In this document: in pieces, positions 9,850 to 20,988 of the stretch | How positions within the stretch are numbered: the first letter of the stretch is position 1 | Layout: each line of letters opens with the position of its first letter | From: Niastella caeni | GTDB taxonomy: Bacteria > Bacteroidota > Bacteroidia > Chitinophagales > Chitinophagaceae | Direction: 5' to 3' | NCBI RefSeq assembly: GCF_004834005.1 | Contig: NZ_STFF01000009.1 | Location: forward strand, 90,649 to 154,648 | DNA length: 64,000 nucleotides | Notes under the pieces: model-generated | Database searches by the model: none | What the model saw: the letters and a program-made list of their open reading frames with translations, nothing else | What the model was told of the DNA's origin: nothing | Program-made: the position numbers and the translations under genes

Positions 9850-9878
9850 AAAAAAAATTCCCCCGATTTCATCGGGGG
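9850..9878 (-). terminator. Rho-independent terminator of the atpDC operon
   Basis: CCCCCGATTTCATCGGGGG hairpin; on the minus strand it is followed by a T8 tract. Confidence 0.6.
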
Positions 9879-9917
9879 AAAATATAGTTGAATCTAGCTG
9901 AAAGTATTCTGCTCAGA

Positions 9918-10175
9918 CTATCCTACAATGGTAGCGCCTTCTACCAGTACGGTAGTTTTGTTACCCACCACTTCTACGAAACCACTTTGGATTTCATAAT
10001 ATGCCAGGTGATTACTTTTATCTTTTAACACTTTTACCCGACCGGATTTCAGCGCACTTACCAACGGAGCGTGTTTATCAAGCACTTCAAACAAACCGGT
10101 TATACCAGGCAGTTGAACACCATACACTTCACCGCTGAACAGCTTTTTTTCCGGAGTTAAAATCTCTAAATTCAT
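9918..10175 (-). CDS. atpC: F0F1 ATP synthase epsilon subunit (probable start MNLEIL; the ORF track extends to 10226)
   Basis: Immediately downstream of atpD; epsilon-like sequence LFSGEVYGVQLPGITGLFEVLDKHAPLVSALKSG. Confidence 0.85.
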   Translation of the reverse strand: MNLEILTPEKKLFSGEVYGVQLPGITGLFEVLDKHAPLVSALKSGRVKVLKDKSNHLAYYEIQSGFVEVVGNKTTVLVEGATIVG

Positions 10176-10214
10176 AATTTGAAAATTTGTGAATTTGAAA
10201 ATTTGAAAATGAAG
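10176..10214 (-). promoter_or_regulatory. 39-nt leader element directly abutting the atpC start codon. A near-identical copy lies at 17537-17575, upstream of the RND pump gene.
   Basis: AATTTGAAAATTTGTGAATTTGAAAATTTGAAAATGAAG versus AATTTGAAGATTTGGGAATTTGAAAATTTGAAAATGAAG: 36 of 39 identical. Confidence 0.5.
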
Positions 10215-10268
10215 TCTGACAGTCATGTGCTAACCATTTTCAAATTAGCACATCTTCAAATTCTCAAA

Positions 10269-11795
<1,527 letters not shown>

Positions 11796-11940
11796 TTAAT
11801 TAACTGCTTTGTTTTCAACAACTTATTAGTGTTTCAACGCAGCCTTTTTAATTTCGGCTGCAAAGGTAAGTGAACGACGGGTAATTTTGAATTAATGACG
11901 GGAGATTTTTGGAAAGATGCCAGAGGGGCCAATTGCCGAA

Positions 11941-12105
11941 CAGTTACCAGTTACCGGGTCCCGGTTATCAGGAAAACCGTTGCAGTCTGGCACCCGGCAC
12001 AAATTTCAGCATTCTGCTATTGATACCCTGCAACTTGTAACATGTAACCTGTAACTGATATTTTTGAACCAGCACCGGTAACTGGCAACCGGCAACCGGT
12101 AACTA
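11941..12105. repeat. GGTAACC-rich inverted-repeat element, copy 1. Left arm CAGTTACCAGTTACCGGGTCCCGGTTA; right arm CCGGTAACTGGCAACCGGCAACCGGTAACT.
   Basis: Arms built from CCGGTAAC(C/T)GG units, separated by about 100 bp of unique spacer. Confidence 0.5.
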
Positions 12106-12133
12106 TTTACCGCTTTTTCGCTTTATTTGTATT

Positions 12134-13333
12134 TTGATATGCACTTATGCGATATCCTTATATCCGAACATGCAATTAACTGAAGTCACCACAATCCGGG
12201 CAGCGAAAGATTTCATCAGCGCAAATGTTGAACTAAACCGGTCCAACCCCAATTACATCCGTCCCCTCGATAAGGATGTGGAAGAAGTTTTCAATCCCGC
12301 CAAAAATAAATCCTTCAGGCATGGTGAATGTACCCGTTGGATATTGCATAATGAAAAAGGTGAATTACTGGGTCGTATTGCCGCATTCGTAAATAAGAAA
12401 TATAAGAACAAGGGGGATGAATTTCCTGTTGGCGGCATTGGTTTTTTCGACTGCATCAACAGCCAGATGGCCGCCGATATGCTTTTTGATGTGGCCAAAC
12501 ACTGGCTGATGCAACGCGGTGTGGAAGCGATGGATGGCCCTATTAATTTCGGTGAGCGCGACCGCTGGTGGGGACTGGTTACGGAAGGCTTCCAGGAACC
12601 CCTGTATTGCATGAACTACAACCCGCCGTTTTATCGCGAGCTGTTCGAAAACTATGGTTTCCGCCCTTTCTTTAACCAGATCTGCTTTGGCGTTGACCCC
12701 AAGAAAAAACTAAGCGAAAAATTGTTCGAACGCCACGCCCATTACGCGCATCCCGATTACAAGTGCATTCGCATCGATAAAAAACAGCTTCCGAAATTCG
12801 CAGGCGATTTTGCGCATGTATATAATAAGGCCTGGGCCGGGCATGGTGGTTTGAAGGAATTGAAGAAAGACCAGGTGCTGCTGATGTTCAATAAAATGCG
12901 GCCGGTGATGGACGAACGGATAATTTGGTTTACTTATTATAAAGAAGAACCCATTGCCATGTTCATTAACCTGCCCGACCTGAACCAATGGTTCAAATAC
13001 CTGGATGGTCAGTTCAACTGGTATCACAAACTGAAATTCCTGTGGATCAAAAAGACCAAGCCTTGTAAAAAATGTACGGGCCTGGTGTTTGGTATTGTGC
13101 CCGAATTCCAGGGCAAGGGTATAGATGCCTTTATGATCGTTGAATCAGGGAAAGTAATTCAATGGCAAACGCCTTATACAGAATATGAAATGCAATGGAT
13201 CGGCGACTTCAACCCTAAAATGCTGAACGTTGCCGCCGGACTGGGCGATACCTTTCGCAGCCGCGTGCTCACCACCTACCGCTATTTGTTCGACCGCACC
13301 CGTGAATTTAAAGCACACCCCATGGTGAGTTAG
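12134..13333 (+). CDS. GNAT-fold N-acyltransferase family protein (probable start at MQLTEV)
   Basis: GNAT motif-A-like VFGIVPEFQGKGIDAFMI; about 390 aa. Confidence 0.45.
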   Translation: MICTYAISLYPNMQLTEVTTIRAAKDFISANVELNRSNPNYIRPLDKDVEEVFNPAKNKSFRHGECTRWILHNEKGELLGRIAAFVNKKYKNKGDEFPVGGIGFFDCINSQMAADMLFDVAKHWLMQRGVEAMDGPINFGERDRWWGLVTEGFQEPLYCMNYNPPFYRELFENYGFRPFFNQICFGVDPKKKLSEKLFERHAHYAHPDYKCIRIDKKQLPKFAGDFAHVYNKAWAGHGGLKELKKDQVLLMFNKMRPVMDERIIWFTYYKEEPIAMFINLPDLNQWFKYLDGQFNWYHKLKFLWIKKTKPCKKCTGLVFGIVPEFQGKGIDAFMIVESGKVIQWQTPYTEYEMQWIGDFNPKMLNVAAGLGDTFRSRVLTTYRYLFDRTREFKAHPMVS

Positions 13334-13378
13334 TTTCTCCGGAAAAAAGAATTTTTCTCGTGAAAATATCGGCTACTT

Positions 13379-14332
13379 CTATTGCTGTACTTTCAATGCC
13401 CATGCTACTGTTTCTTTGATCCCTTCTGAATAAGACGTAGGCGTAAAACCAAACGCCTTATTGAATTTGTTGGAACTGAACAGGTATGGGTATTCGTTCT
13501 GGTAATTCATTTCCTTTAATTCTTTCAGCGTGCGGATAAACAATCCGGCCACCGTCAGCATCCAACCCGGGATCGTTGAAATTCCATTTGGTTTTTGCAT
13601 GGCAGCAGCAGCTTGTTGCACAAACTGCCTGCCGGTTAACAGATCTGGCGCAGTAGGCAAATGCCAGGTTTGATCAAAAGCGGTTTCTTTTTTCGCCAAC
13701 AGGTACAATGCTTTTGCAGCATCCGGTACATATGTAAGGGAATGCGGTTGATCAGCATCGGCTAACCATTGCGCTTTCTTTCCTTTTACCAGGTTACTGA
13801 TCACGAGTATATTCGGCATACTGGTTTTAAAACCAACGGGACCGTAAAAATCTGCACTCCGTGCAATTAATGCCTGCAGGTTGCCCGCTTTTGTTTCCTG
13901 TAGTAATTGAGTGGCAATGGCTGCCCGTACCTCGCCTTTTTTACTACAGGGGTTGAAAGGCGTTTCTTCCGTCATCCAGCCATTTACTTTACCGTACATG
14001 TATACGTTATCAAAGAAAATAAGCTTTGCACCTGTTTCCTTACAGGCATTCATCACGTTGGTCATGATCACCGGCCATTGCGCACGCCACACGCGAATGT
14101 CATATTGCAGGCCTATTAACAAATAAACAACGGAAGAACCTTTTATTGCCTCCAGGGTTTGCCGGTAATTGGTTGCATCTGCCGAAACAGCTTCAGCACC
14201 CGCTACCGGTTTTGCGTTGCGCGATACCAATCGCACCTTTTCATTATTGCTTAATAAAACCGGTAACAACTGGTCGGCCACTGCCCCTCCGGCGCCAAAG
14301 ATGGTATGAATGTTCATGGTATAGTGGTTCAT
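13379..14332 (-). CDS. NAD(P)-binding epimerase/dehydratase (atypical SDR) family protein
   Basis: N-terminal Rossmann TIFGAGGAVADQLL; roughly 300 aa as in the SDR-extended family. Confidence 0.55.
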   Translation of the reverse strand: MNHYTMNIHTIFGAGGAVADQLLPVLLSNNEKVRLVSRNAKPVAGAEAVSADATNYRQTLEAIKGSSVVYLLIGLQYDIRVWRAQWPVIMTNVMNACKETGAKLIFFDNVYMYGKVNGWMTEETPFNPCSKKGEVRAAIATQLLQETKAGNLQALIARSADFYGPVGFKTSMPNILVISNLVKGKKAQWLADADQPHSLTYVPDAAKALYLLAKKETAFDQTWHLPTAPDLLTGRQFVQQAAAAMQKPNGISTIPGWMLTVAGLFIRTLKELKEMNYQNEYPYLFSSNKFNKAFGFTPTSYSEGIKETVAWALKVQQ

Positions 14333-14379
14333 TGTTTTATAATGTATCTATGTGTTTTTCAAGTCTCAGGCTGAAAGCC

Positions 14380-14453
14380 GTAAGCTATAAGCCATAAGCA
14401 AATGCAATTATTTTTGGTGTTTTTGCTTACAGCTTGCAGCTTATAGCTTATAG
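14380..14453. terminator. Long hairpin downstream of the RND operon (arms GTAAGCTATAAGCCATAAGCAAA and TTTGCTTACAGCTTGCAGCTTATAGCTTATAGC)
   Basis: Imperfect inverted repeat of tandem AGCTTATAGC-like units, immediately 3' of the efflux pump gene. Confidence 0.45.
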
Positions 14454-14486
14454 CCCGCTTCGCTAAATCTAAAACGCTTCATTTCA

Positions 14487-17400
14487 CTATTGATCATTTA
14501 TTTTCGGTGCTAACAACTTATACAACACCGGAGTAACAATCCTTGTTAACAAAGTAGAGCTGATCAATCCGCCGATGATCACCAATGCCAGTGGCGAATA
14601 CAGGGGATTATTTTCCATTACGAGTGGCAGCAATCCGCCAATTGCAGTTAGTGTGGTTAGAATGATGGGCACAAATCTGGTTTCGCCGGCTTCCTGTATG
14701 GCATCATCAAGACTCATTCCCTGTTTACGCAATTGATCGGTATAATCAACCAGCAAAATAGAGTTTTTTACTTCTATTCCAATCAAAGCAATTAAACCAA
14801 TTACCGCAACAAAAGAAAACGTATTTCCTGTAGCTAATAACATGAGCACGGCGCCGATAATTCCCAGTGGTATTACAGAAAGCACGATGAGGGTTCCACG
14901 AAATGTTTTGAACTCAAGGATCAGGGTTCCCAAAATGCCGAAGATAGTTATTAACACAATGGTGCCTAACCCGCCAAAACTTTCCTGGCTCGCTTCTACT
15001 TCACCTGCAGCAACATAATGGGAGTTGGCCGGGAAATGCATCGTATCTAATTGTTTCAATATCCCTTCTGTTATTTTACCGGTGTTATACCCGCTTTGTA
15101 CAAAGGCCGTGGTTACAGTGAACCGGTCTTTATCGTAGTGCTTTATGGTAACGGGTGATGTTTCAAAACGAATGTCGGCCACCTGGTTCAGCGGAATAGA
15201 AGCGCCGGTCATGCTGCTCACATATACTTTGCTAAAAGCCTCATAAGTTTGCCGTTCTTCACGCGGCAGGGTAACCGTAATATTAAACTCATCGCCATTT
15301 TCCTTTCTGAAGGTGCCGATATTTAATCCGGCTACCGCCATCCTGATGGTGCGGTCTATTTCATGTACCGGTACGCCCAGCAGGCCCGCTTTTTCTTTAT
15401 TCACTTTTACCCGCAGATCGGTTTTCAACGTCGTGAGCTCATTGTTCACATAAATGGTGCCGGGCGTTTTCTTCAGCAAGGATTCCACCCTGAATGAAAG
15501 ATTACGCAACGTGTCCAGGTCTTCACTAAACAGCCTGATGGCAATGGGCGCTTCTACCGGCGGACCCTGTTCAAAATCTTTTACTTCAATTTTAGCGTTG
15601 GGATAATCTTTGAACTTTGTTCGCAATTGGTCTATCAGCTTTCTTTTTTCAGCCGGCGGCGTTTCTTTCAATTGCACAAACAACTGGGCATAATTGCTTA
15701 CATCATTTTGCGGGATCACATTATAATAAATGCGGGGGTTGCCGCGCCCTACATTGGTTGCATAGTTCTTCAGGTCAGGAATATTGTTAATCTCTTTCTC
15801 TACATACCGCGCCACCTGGTTGGTTGCGGGCAAGCTGGTGCCTAATGGGGTTTCTATATTGATCAGGAACATCGGTTTTTCAGAGGCGGGGAATACGCTG
15901 AACCCTACCACCGGCACCAACGCCAGGGAACCCACAAAAATACCCAAGGCTACCAGCAAGGTAGTTATTGGTCGCGCAACGGCGGTGTGCAATAACCTGC
16001 GATACGAACCGCCAATGAATTTTTTCAAGCCACGCATAAACAAATTGCCTTCGGGATTTTCATGGTTGCTCAAAATACGGCTCGACAAAAACGGTACAAT
16101 AGTGAGTGAAACAAACAACGAGGCCAATACCGTAGTAACTACTGCTGCGGGTAAGCTGCGAATAAAGTCGCCTGCGCCTTCTGGTAAAAACATCAATGGC
16201 AGGAAGGCAAAGATCAGGGTAATGGTACAACCGATCACCGCCAGGCCTATTTGTTTGGTGGCCGCCATAGCTGCTTCGCGCCGGCTATAGCCCATGCGTA
16301 AATAGCGTTCAATATTTTCTACCACAACAATGCTGTCATCTACCAGCAATCCCAATGCTACCACCATACCCACAATACTCAACTGGTTTATGGTTATGCC
16401 AAATAGATCGAGCAGGAAAAGCCCTATGGCCAACGACAGTGGAATGGACACCATTACCACAATGGATGCCCGCCAACCCAGAGGCAACAGGGTTAACAGC
16501 ACCAGGAAGATGGCAATGGCGAAATCACCTGCAAAGCCACTCAGGCGGGTACGAACGCTGTGTGCATTATCAAAGCTCTGTTCGAAGGTTATGTTCTTAG
16601 GCAGCTCATTCCTGAATTGCGCCAGCACCGGTTTCAGTTGCTTCTCCACATCAAAGATATTAGTGCCCATTTTCCGGCTGGCAGTTACAAATACACCGCG
16701 GTTCCCATTCAACCGGGCAAGGTAGGTTTGCTCTTCATAATTAAAGTTTACATCAGCTACGTCTTTAACGTACACCAGTTTCCCGTTTACATTGCTGACA
16801 ATGGTATTTTTAATTTCATCGATGCTTTTATAATTGCCGCTGGTTTTGATATTGAATTTCTTCTCCCCCATTTCAATACTGCCGCCGGGTATATTCACAT
16901 TTTCGCTTTGTATAGCGCTCATTACTCTGTTAAGCGGAATATTATACTGCGCCAGCTTTTCCAATTGTACGGCTACGCGTACCTGCTGCTGCGGGAAAGC
17001 CCAGTTATCTACATTCTTTAGTGATTTTATTTTCTCTAACCGCTCTTTTAATTTTTTACTCCATTCTTCCAGGTCTTTATACGGAGCAGTTTCACTAAGC
17101 AGCGCTATCTGCATGATGTTTACATCAGAAGGCGAGAATTTCATTATATCAATATCAAGTATGTCTTGCGGCAGTTGATTTTTCAATGCATCCATTTCCC
17201 GAACCACATCCTGGTACTTTTTATCAGGATCGGTTTCATATTTGAATTCTACCCGTATCACCGCCAATCCATCATCGATACGGCTTACGATGCGTTTGAT
17301 ATCATCAAGCTCGTTCATTCTTTTTTCAACGGGGTCAACCACCAGTTCTTCCATATCTTTCGGACTGGTACCGGGATACACTACAATGACGTTAAATTGC

Positions 17401-17528
17401 GGCGCCTGAAAATCAGGGTCTTCACCGCGGGGCATATTCAACAGCGAATTAATGCCTATAGCGATCAGCATCACAAACACAATGAGTGTGAACTGATAAT
17501 TTTTTACTGAGAAGTCAGTGATCTTCAT
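14487..17528 (-). CDS. RND efflux transporter permease subunit (AcrB/CzcA superfamily)
   Basis: 1013 aa; 12-TM RND architecture with two large periplasmic loops. Confidence 0.9.
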   Translation of the reverse strand: MKITDFSVKNYQFTLIVFVMLIAIGINSLLNMPRGEDPDFQAPQFNVIVVYPGTSPKDMEELVVDPVEKRMNELDDIKRIVSRIDDGLAVIRVEFKYETDPDKKYQDVVREMDALKNQLPQDILDIDIMKFSPSDVNIMQIALLSETAPYKDLEEWSKKLKERLEKIKSLKNVDNWAFPQQQVRVAVQLEKLAQYNIPLNRVMSAIQSENVNIPGGSIEMGEKKFNIKTSGNYKSIDEIKNTIVSNVNGKLVYVKDVADVNFNYEEQTYLARLNGNRGVFVTASRKMGTNIFDVEKQLKPVLAQFRNELPKNITFEQSFDNAHSVRTRLSGFAGDFAIAIFLVLLTLLPLGWRASIVVMVSIPLSLAIGLFLLDLFGITINQLSIVGMVVALGLLVDDSIVVVENIERYLRMGYSRREAAMAATKQIGLAVIGCTITLIFAFLPLMFLPEGAGDFIRSLPAAVVTTVLASLFVSLTIVPFLSSRILSNHENPEGNLFMRGLKKFIGGSYRRLLHTAVARPITTLLVALGIFVGSLALVPVVGFSVFPASEKPMFLINIETPLGTSLPATNQVARYVEKEINNIPDLKNYATNVGRGNPRIYYNVIPQNDVSNYAQLFVQLKETPPAEKRKLIDQLRTKFKDYPNAKIEVKDFEQGPPVEAPIAIRLFSEDLDTLRNLSFRVESLLKKTPGTIYVNNELTTLKTDLRVKVNKEKAGLLGVPVHEIDRTIRMAVAGLNIGTFRKENGDEFNITVTLPREERQTYEAFSKVYVSSMTGASIPLNQVADIRFETSPVTIKHYDKDRFTVTTAFVQSGYNTGKITEGILKQLDTMHFPANSHYVAAGEVEASQESFGGLGTIVLITIFGILGTLILEFKTFRGTLIVLSVIPLGIIGAVLMLLATGNTFSFVAVIGLIALIGIEVKNSILLVDYTDQLRKQGMSLDDAIQEAGETRFVPIILTTLTAIGGLLPLVMENNPLYSPLALVIIGGLISSTLLTRIVTPVLYKLLAPKINDQ

Positions 17529-17680
17529 ATGATGAGAATTTGAAGATTTGGGAATTTGAAAATTTGAAAATGAAGAACGCCTTACGTGGCTTGTGAATAA
17601 GGGTTGCTTGATAATATCGGCAAATGCGACCTAAAGAACCACAAACCATAAACAATAAACCATAAACAATAAACCATAAA

Positions 17681-18736
17681 CTATTTAACTACCTTTACCA
17701 CCGACTTATCGGTTAAGTACCCTACCCCTTCTGTTATCACTTCCCGCGCACTATCCAGTCCACTCACAATAGCAGCTTTATTATTCTCAAGAAAAGCAAT
17801 GGTGACTTTGTTTTTGGTAACCGTTTTTCCATCGGCATTCACGGTATACACATAACCAATTTTATCACTCGCCTCCGCAATGGCCTCCACCGGCACCAGG
17901 GTAACCGTTTGTTCTGCGGCCGGTTGTAGTTGAACAGTAGAAAATAATCCGGCGGCAAAGCGGGCGCCATTAGGCAATACTTTTACTTCTACCTCATAAG
18001 TGCCACTGGCCACATCGGCCCCCTGGGCTATTTCAGTGATAATGCCGGTAAATGATCTGGTAGGATATGCGTCTATTTCAACAGCAGCCTTATCGCCTTT
18101 TTTCAATACGGCCCAGTCTTTATCAGATACCCCAAAGCGTATCACCCAATCATTACCAGCCGTTCCGTTTACAAAAAACACCGGCGAACCTGCACCAGCC
18201 ATTTCCCCTTCATTCATCAGCTTTTTAAGAATGGTGCCGCTTTCGGTGGCGCGGATCTGGGCATACTGCTGGTTAAAGCGGGCAATGCGCAGGCTTTCTT
18301 CAGCCACCTGCAATTGAGTAGTGGCGTTCTGCACCTGTTCCAGCGTGGCTACGGTATCGTTATATAAGTTCTTTACCCTGTTCACATCGCGCTGTACTTT
18401 TTCAACCCCCTGCGAAGCCTGCTGCACCTGGGCATTGATCTCCGTAAGATCGAGCGTGGCCAGCAACTGCCCTCTTACTACATGATCGCCTTCTTTTACA
18501 TATATTTTTGAAATAATGCCGCCTATCTTGAACGACAGCCGGGCTTCGGCTGTAGAAGCCATGGTTCCTGAATATTTTAATACCGGTGCATACCGGGTGG
18601 TTGTAACGGGTTGCACTTTTACGGCAATAGCGTCATCTGTTACAGTGGCTGCTTGCGGCCCGCCATTGCAGGCTGTTAGTACCACAAGGGTTGTTGCCAT
18701 TAATAAAAAGGTAAAGGGGAAGAATATACGTTTCAT
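17681..18736 (-). CDS. RND efflux periplasmic adaptor (membrane fusion protein, HlyD family)
   Basis: Lipoprotein-like signal (LTAC); coiled-coil and barrel-sandwich hybrid pattern; adjacent to the pump. Confidence 0.8.
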   Translation of the reverse strand: MKRIFFPFTFLLMATTLVVLTACNGGPQAATVTDDAIAVKVQPVTTTRYAPVLKYSGTMASTAEARLSFKIGGIISKIYVKEGDHVVRGQLLATLDLTEINAQVQQASQGVEKVQRDVNRVKNLYNDTVATLEQVQNATTQLQVAEESLRIARFNQQYAQIRATESGTILKKLMNEGEMAGAGSPVFFVNGTAGNDWVIRFGVSDKDWAVLKKGDKAAVEIDAYPTRSFTGIITEIAQGADVASGTYEVEVKVLPNGARFAAGLFSTVQLQPAAEQTVTLVPVEAIAEASDKIGYVYTVNADGKTVTKNKVTIAFLENNKAAIVSGLDSAREVITEGVGYLTDKSVVKVVK

Positions 18737-18895
18737 CTTAAATAATATTTATGTTGATGAACTAGGATTTTTATTAAGTGAGGGTACGTGCTCTTTAGAA
18801 AGATTTAGCGATTTAGGGATTTAGGGATTCGCCGGCTCTTCGCAAGGTTCGAATCAAAAGAAATCTCAAAATCCCGCAATCTCAAAATCAGAAAT

Positions 18896-20254
18896 TTAAA
18901 AATTATGGGATGCGGTAACCCGTTCCAGTTCGGCGGCGCGCGTCAATACAGCCAATTGTGCCAGCGAATAATTTAGCTGGGCGTTGGTCAATTGCGTGCG
19001 GGCATCGATCAGTTCTATTTGCAGGGCCTGGCCTTCGCGAAACCGTCGCTCGGCAAACCGGTAGGTTTCCCGGGTGCTTAGCACTTCATCGGCAAGCGCC
19101 TGCAAGGTTTGTACAGCCGACCGGTAATTGTTGGTTGAAGTGCGCACCTGCAACGTCAGTTGCTGTTCTACATCTTTGTATTGCGTGCTGAGCGCATCCA
19201 GTTCCAATTGCGACTGGCGTACCTTATATTTATTATCATTTGCTTTAAATAAATCCCACCGGAACTGTAGCCCGCCTAACTGGTAAAACTGATCGCCGTT
19301 AAAACGAAAACCAAAACCCTGAAAACCGATGTTATAAAATGCATTCAGTTTGGGTATTATGTACGAGCGGTTCATTTTAATACTGGTGCCCACTACCTTT
19401 TGCGCACTTTGCAATTTGGTCAGCTCTTCGCGCCGTACCGGTACATCCAAAGAAGTAATTACAGCAGTATTCACATTTTCAAAAATGGTGGTGTCTTTAA
19501 CGATCTCCGCGTCGAGCGATTGGTTGAGCAGGCAATTAAAATACGCGGCTGCATTCTGTTGTTGATTGGTGGCTGCAATCAACGAAGCTTTCACCTGGCT
19601 TACCTGCGCCCTGGCGCGTAACACCGTTTCTTTGGTAGCCATGGCATTTTGCATAAACTTTTCGCTTACCCGCAAATTTTCACTGGCGAGCGCCAGCGCA
19701 TTATTATAAATGTCAACAGCTTTACCAGACTGCAGGTATTGGTAATAAGCTTCTTTAATGTTTTTTACCAGCTCACGTTTGTAAATATCAATGTCGGCCT
19801 TTTGGGTATGGATCAATTCCTGTTTAATAGCCTTATTATAACGTATATCGGTATTCACCAGGGGGAGCGAAACTTCTACGCGTGTGTCGTGAAAGTCGTT
19901 TGGCAGAAAAGCAATGGTTTGATTGCTTATCTGCGGAAATTTGTTCTGGCCGCTTAACTGGTTGAGGGTGGAATAAACTCCGTTCAGCATGTCCCCAACA
20001 GGCAGATCCTGGGTACGACCGCCGGAAGCCAGAGTGTATTGCGAATTCAAACTGGCTTGCGGATAAAATAATGCTTTCGCCCGTTTCAGGTCGAGCTCGG
20101 CTTTTTGCAGATCGAATGTTTTCTGATGCAAGGCCAGGTTACATTCCAGCCCTTTCTTTACATAATGGTCTATGGTTGTTTGCGCAGTGGCCGAACAGGC
20201 AATGAGAGCCCCGGCAAGCCCGATAGCTATCGGGACTGTCAGACTTCTTTTCAT
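18896..20254 (-). CDS. TolC-family outer-membrane efflux protein
   Basis: 452 aa with signal peptide; duplicated coiled-coil/beta-strand halves; first gene of the efflux operon after tetR. Confidence 0.75.
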   Translation of the reverse strand: MKRSLTVPIAIGLAGALIACSATAQTTIDHYVKKGLECNLALHQKTFDLQKAELDLKRAKALFYPQASLNSQYTLASGGRTQDLPVGDMLNGVYSTLNQLSGQNKFPQISNQTIAFLPNDFHDTRVEVSLPLVNTDIRYNKAIKQELIHTQKADIDIYKRELVKNIKEAYYQYLQSGKAVDIYNNALALASENLRVSEKFMQNAMATKETVLRARAQVSQVKASLIAATNQQQNAAAYFNCLLNQSLDAEIVKDTTIFENVNTAVITSLDVPVRREELTKLQSAQKVVGTSIKMNRSYIIPKLNAFYNIGFQGFGFRFNGDQFYQLGGLQFRWDLFKANDNKYKVRQSQLELDALSTQYKDVEQQLTLQVRTSTNNYRSAVQTLQALADEVLSTRETYRFAERRFREGQALQIELIDARTQLTNAQLNYSLAQLAVLTRAAELERVTASHNF

Positions 20255-20289
20255 AAGTCGCTCAGTTTTATATTATATTGTAAATATTA

Positions 20290-20302
20290 TTAACAGTGTT
20301 AA
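20290..20302. promoter_or_regulatory. Palindrome TTAACAGTGTTAA about 36 bp upstream of the tolC-like start; candidate TetR operator
   Basis: Perfect inverted repeat TTAACA-G-TGTTAA; a related palindrome lies upstream of tetR. Confidence 0.5.
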
Positions 20303-20322
20303 GTGCACAAGCAAAAAAAACG

Positions 20323-20961
20323 CTAGGTTTTATTGCCCGAAGCGTCCAGCACATTCAGGTACCAGGTCAACCCCTTAGTCATCAGCGTCACCGCTTGCTG
20401 ATCGCCGGTAACCACCTTATCGAAGCGGTTACGGATGGCCAGGGATACCATGCCATGCACCATGCTCCACATTGTCATTGCCATGGCGTCTATATCGCCC
20501 TTTATGATCAGGTGCTTGTCCATGCATTCCTGCAGGGTTTCTTTTAAACGGCCTAATGCCTGGTCGCCGCTTTTCCATTCACAATTGGCATCCATCGCCT
20601 GTAAACATTCCATGGGCGCCTGTAATATGAACATGAGGTCATAAAAGGCGGGATTCTCGAGGCCGAACTGAATGTAGTACTCGCCCATTTTGTGCAGCCG
20701 AACCAGCGGGTTCTTTATCGTCCATAAGTCGGCCGTATATTCAGCCATCTTCTGAAACCCTATTTCATGCAGGTTATACAGGATCTCGTTCTTGTCTTTA
20801 AAATAGAGGTATACGGTGGTAGGACTATACTCAATAAGGTCGGCAATTTTGCGGATAGAAACATTCTCAAACCCTTGTTCCATAAATAGTTTCATGGAAG
20901 CGTCGAGGATCGCCTTCTTTATGTCCTGCTTTTGTTTCTCTTTTCTTTCCGCTATGCCCAT
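20323..20961 (-). CDS. TetR/AcrR family transcriptional repressor
   Basis: N-terminal helix-turn-helix (HTH) VSIRKIADLIEYSPTTVYLYFKDK; 212 aa; heads the efflux operon. Confidence 0.85.
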   Translation of the reverse strand: MGIAERKEKQKQDIKKAILDASMKLFMEQGFENVSIRKIADLIEYSPTTVYLYFKDKNEILYNLHEIGFQKMAEYTADLWTIKNPLVRLHKMGEYYIQFGLENPAFYDLMFILQAPMECLQAMDANCEWKSGDQALGRLKETLQECMDKHLIIKGDIDAMAMTMWSMVHGMVSLAIRNRFDKVVTGDQQAVTLMTKGLTWYLNVLDASGNKT

Positions 20962-20988
20962 AATCTTTTAATTAACGCCACAAATATA

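Noticed and set aside
15784-17510. Several 100-170-aa plus-strand ORFs inside the RND pump gene
   Set aside because: They are antisense to a 1013-aa conserved RND permease, and their translations are low-complexity.
18846-18855. GGTTCGAATC, the tRNA T-loop consensus
   Set aside because: The flanking sequence cannot form a T-stem, acceptor stem or anticodon arm. No cloverleaf, so it is a chance match in the operon spacer.
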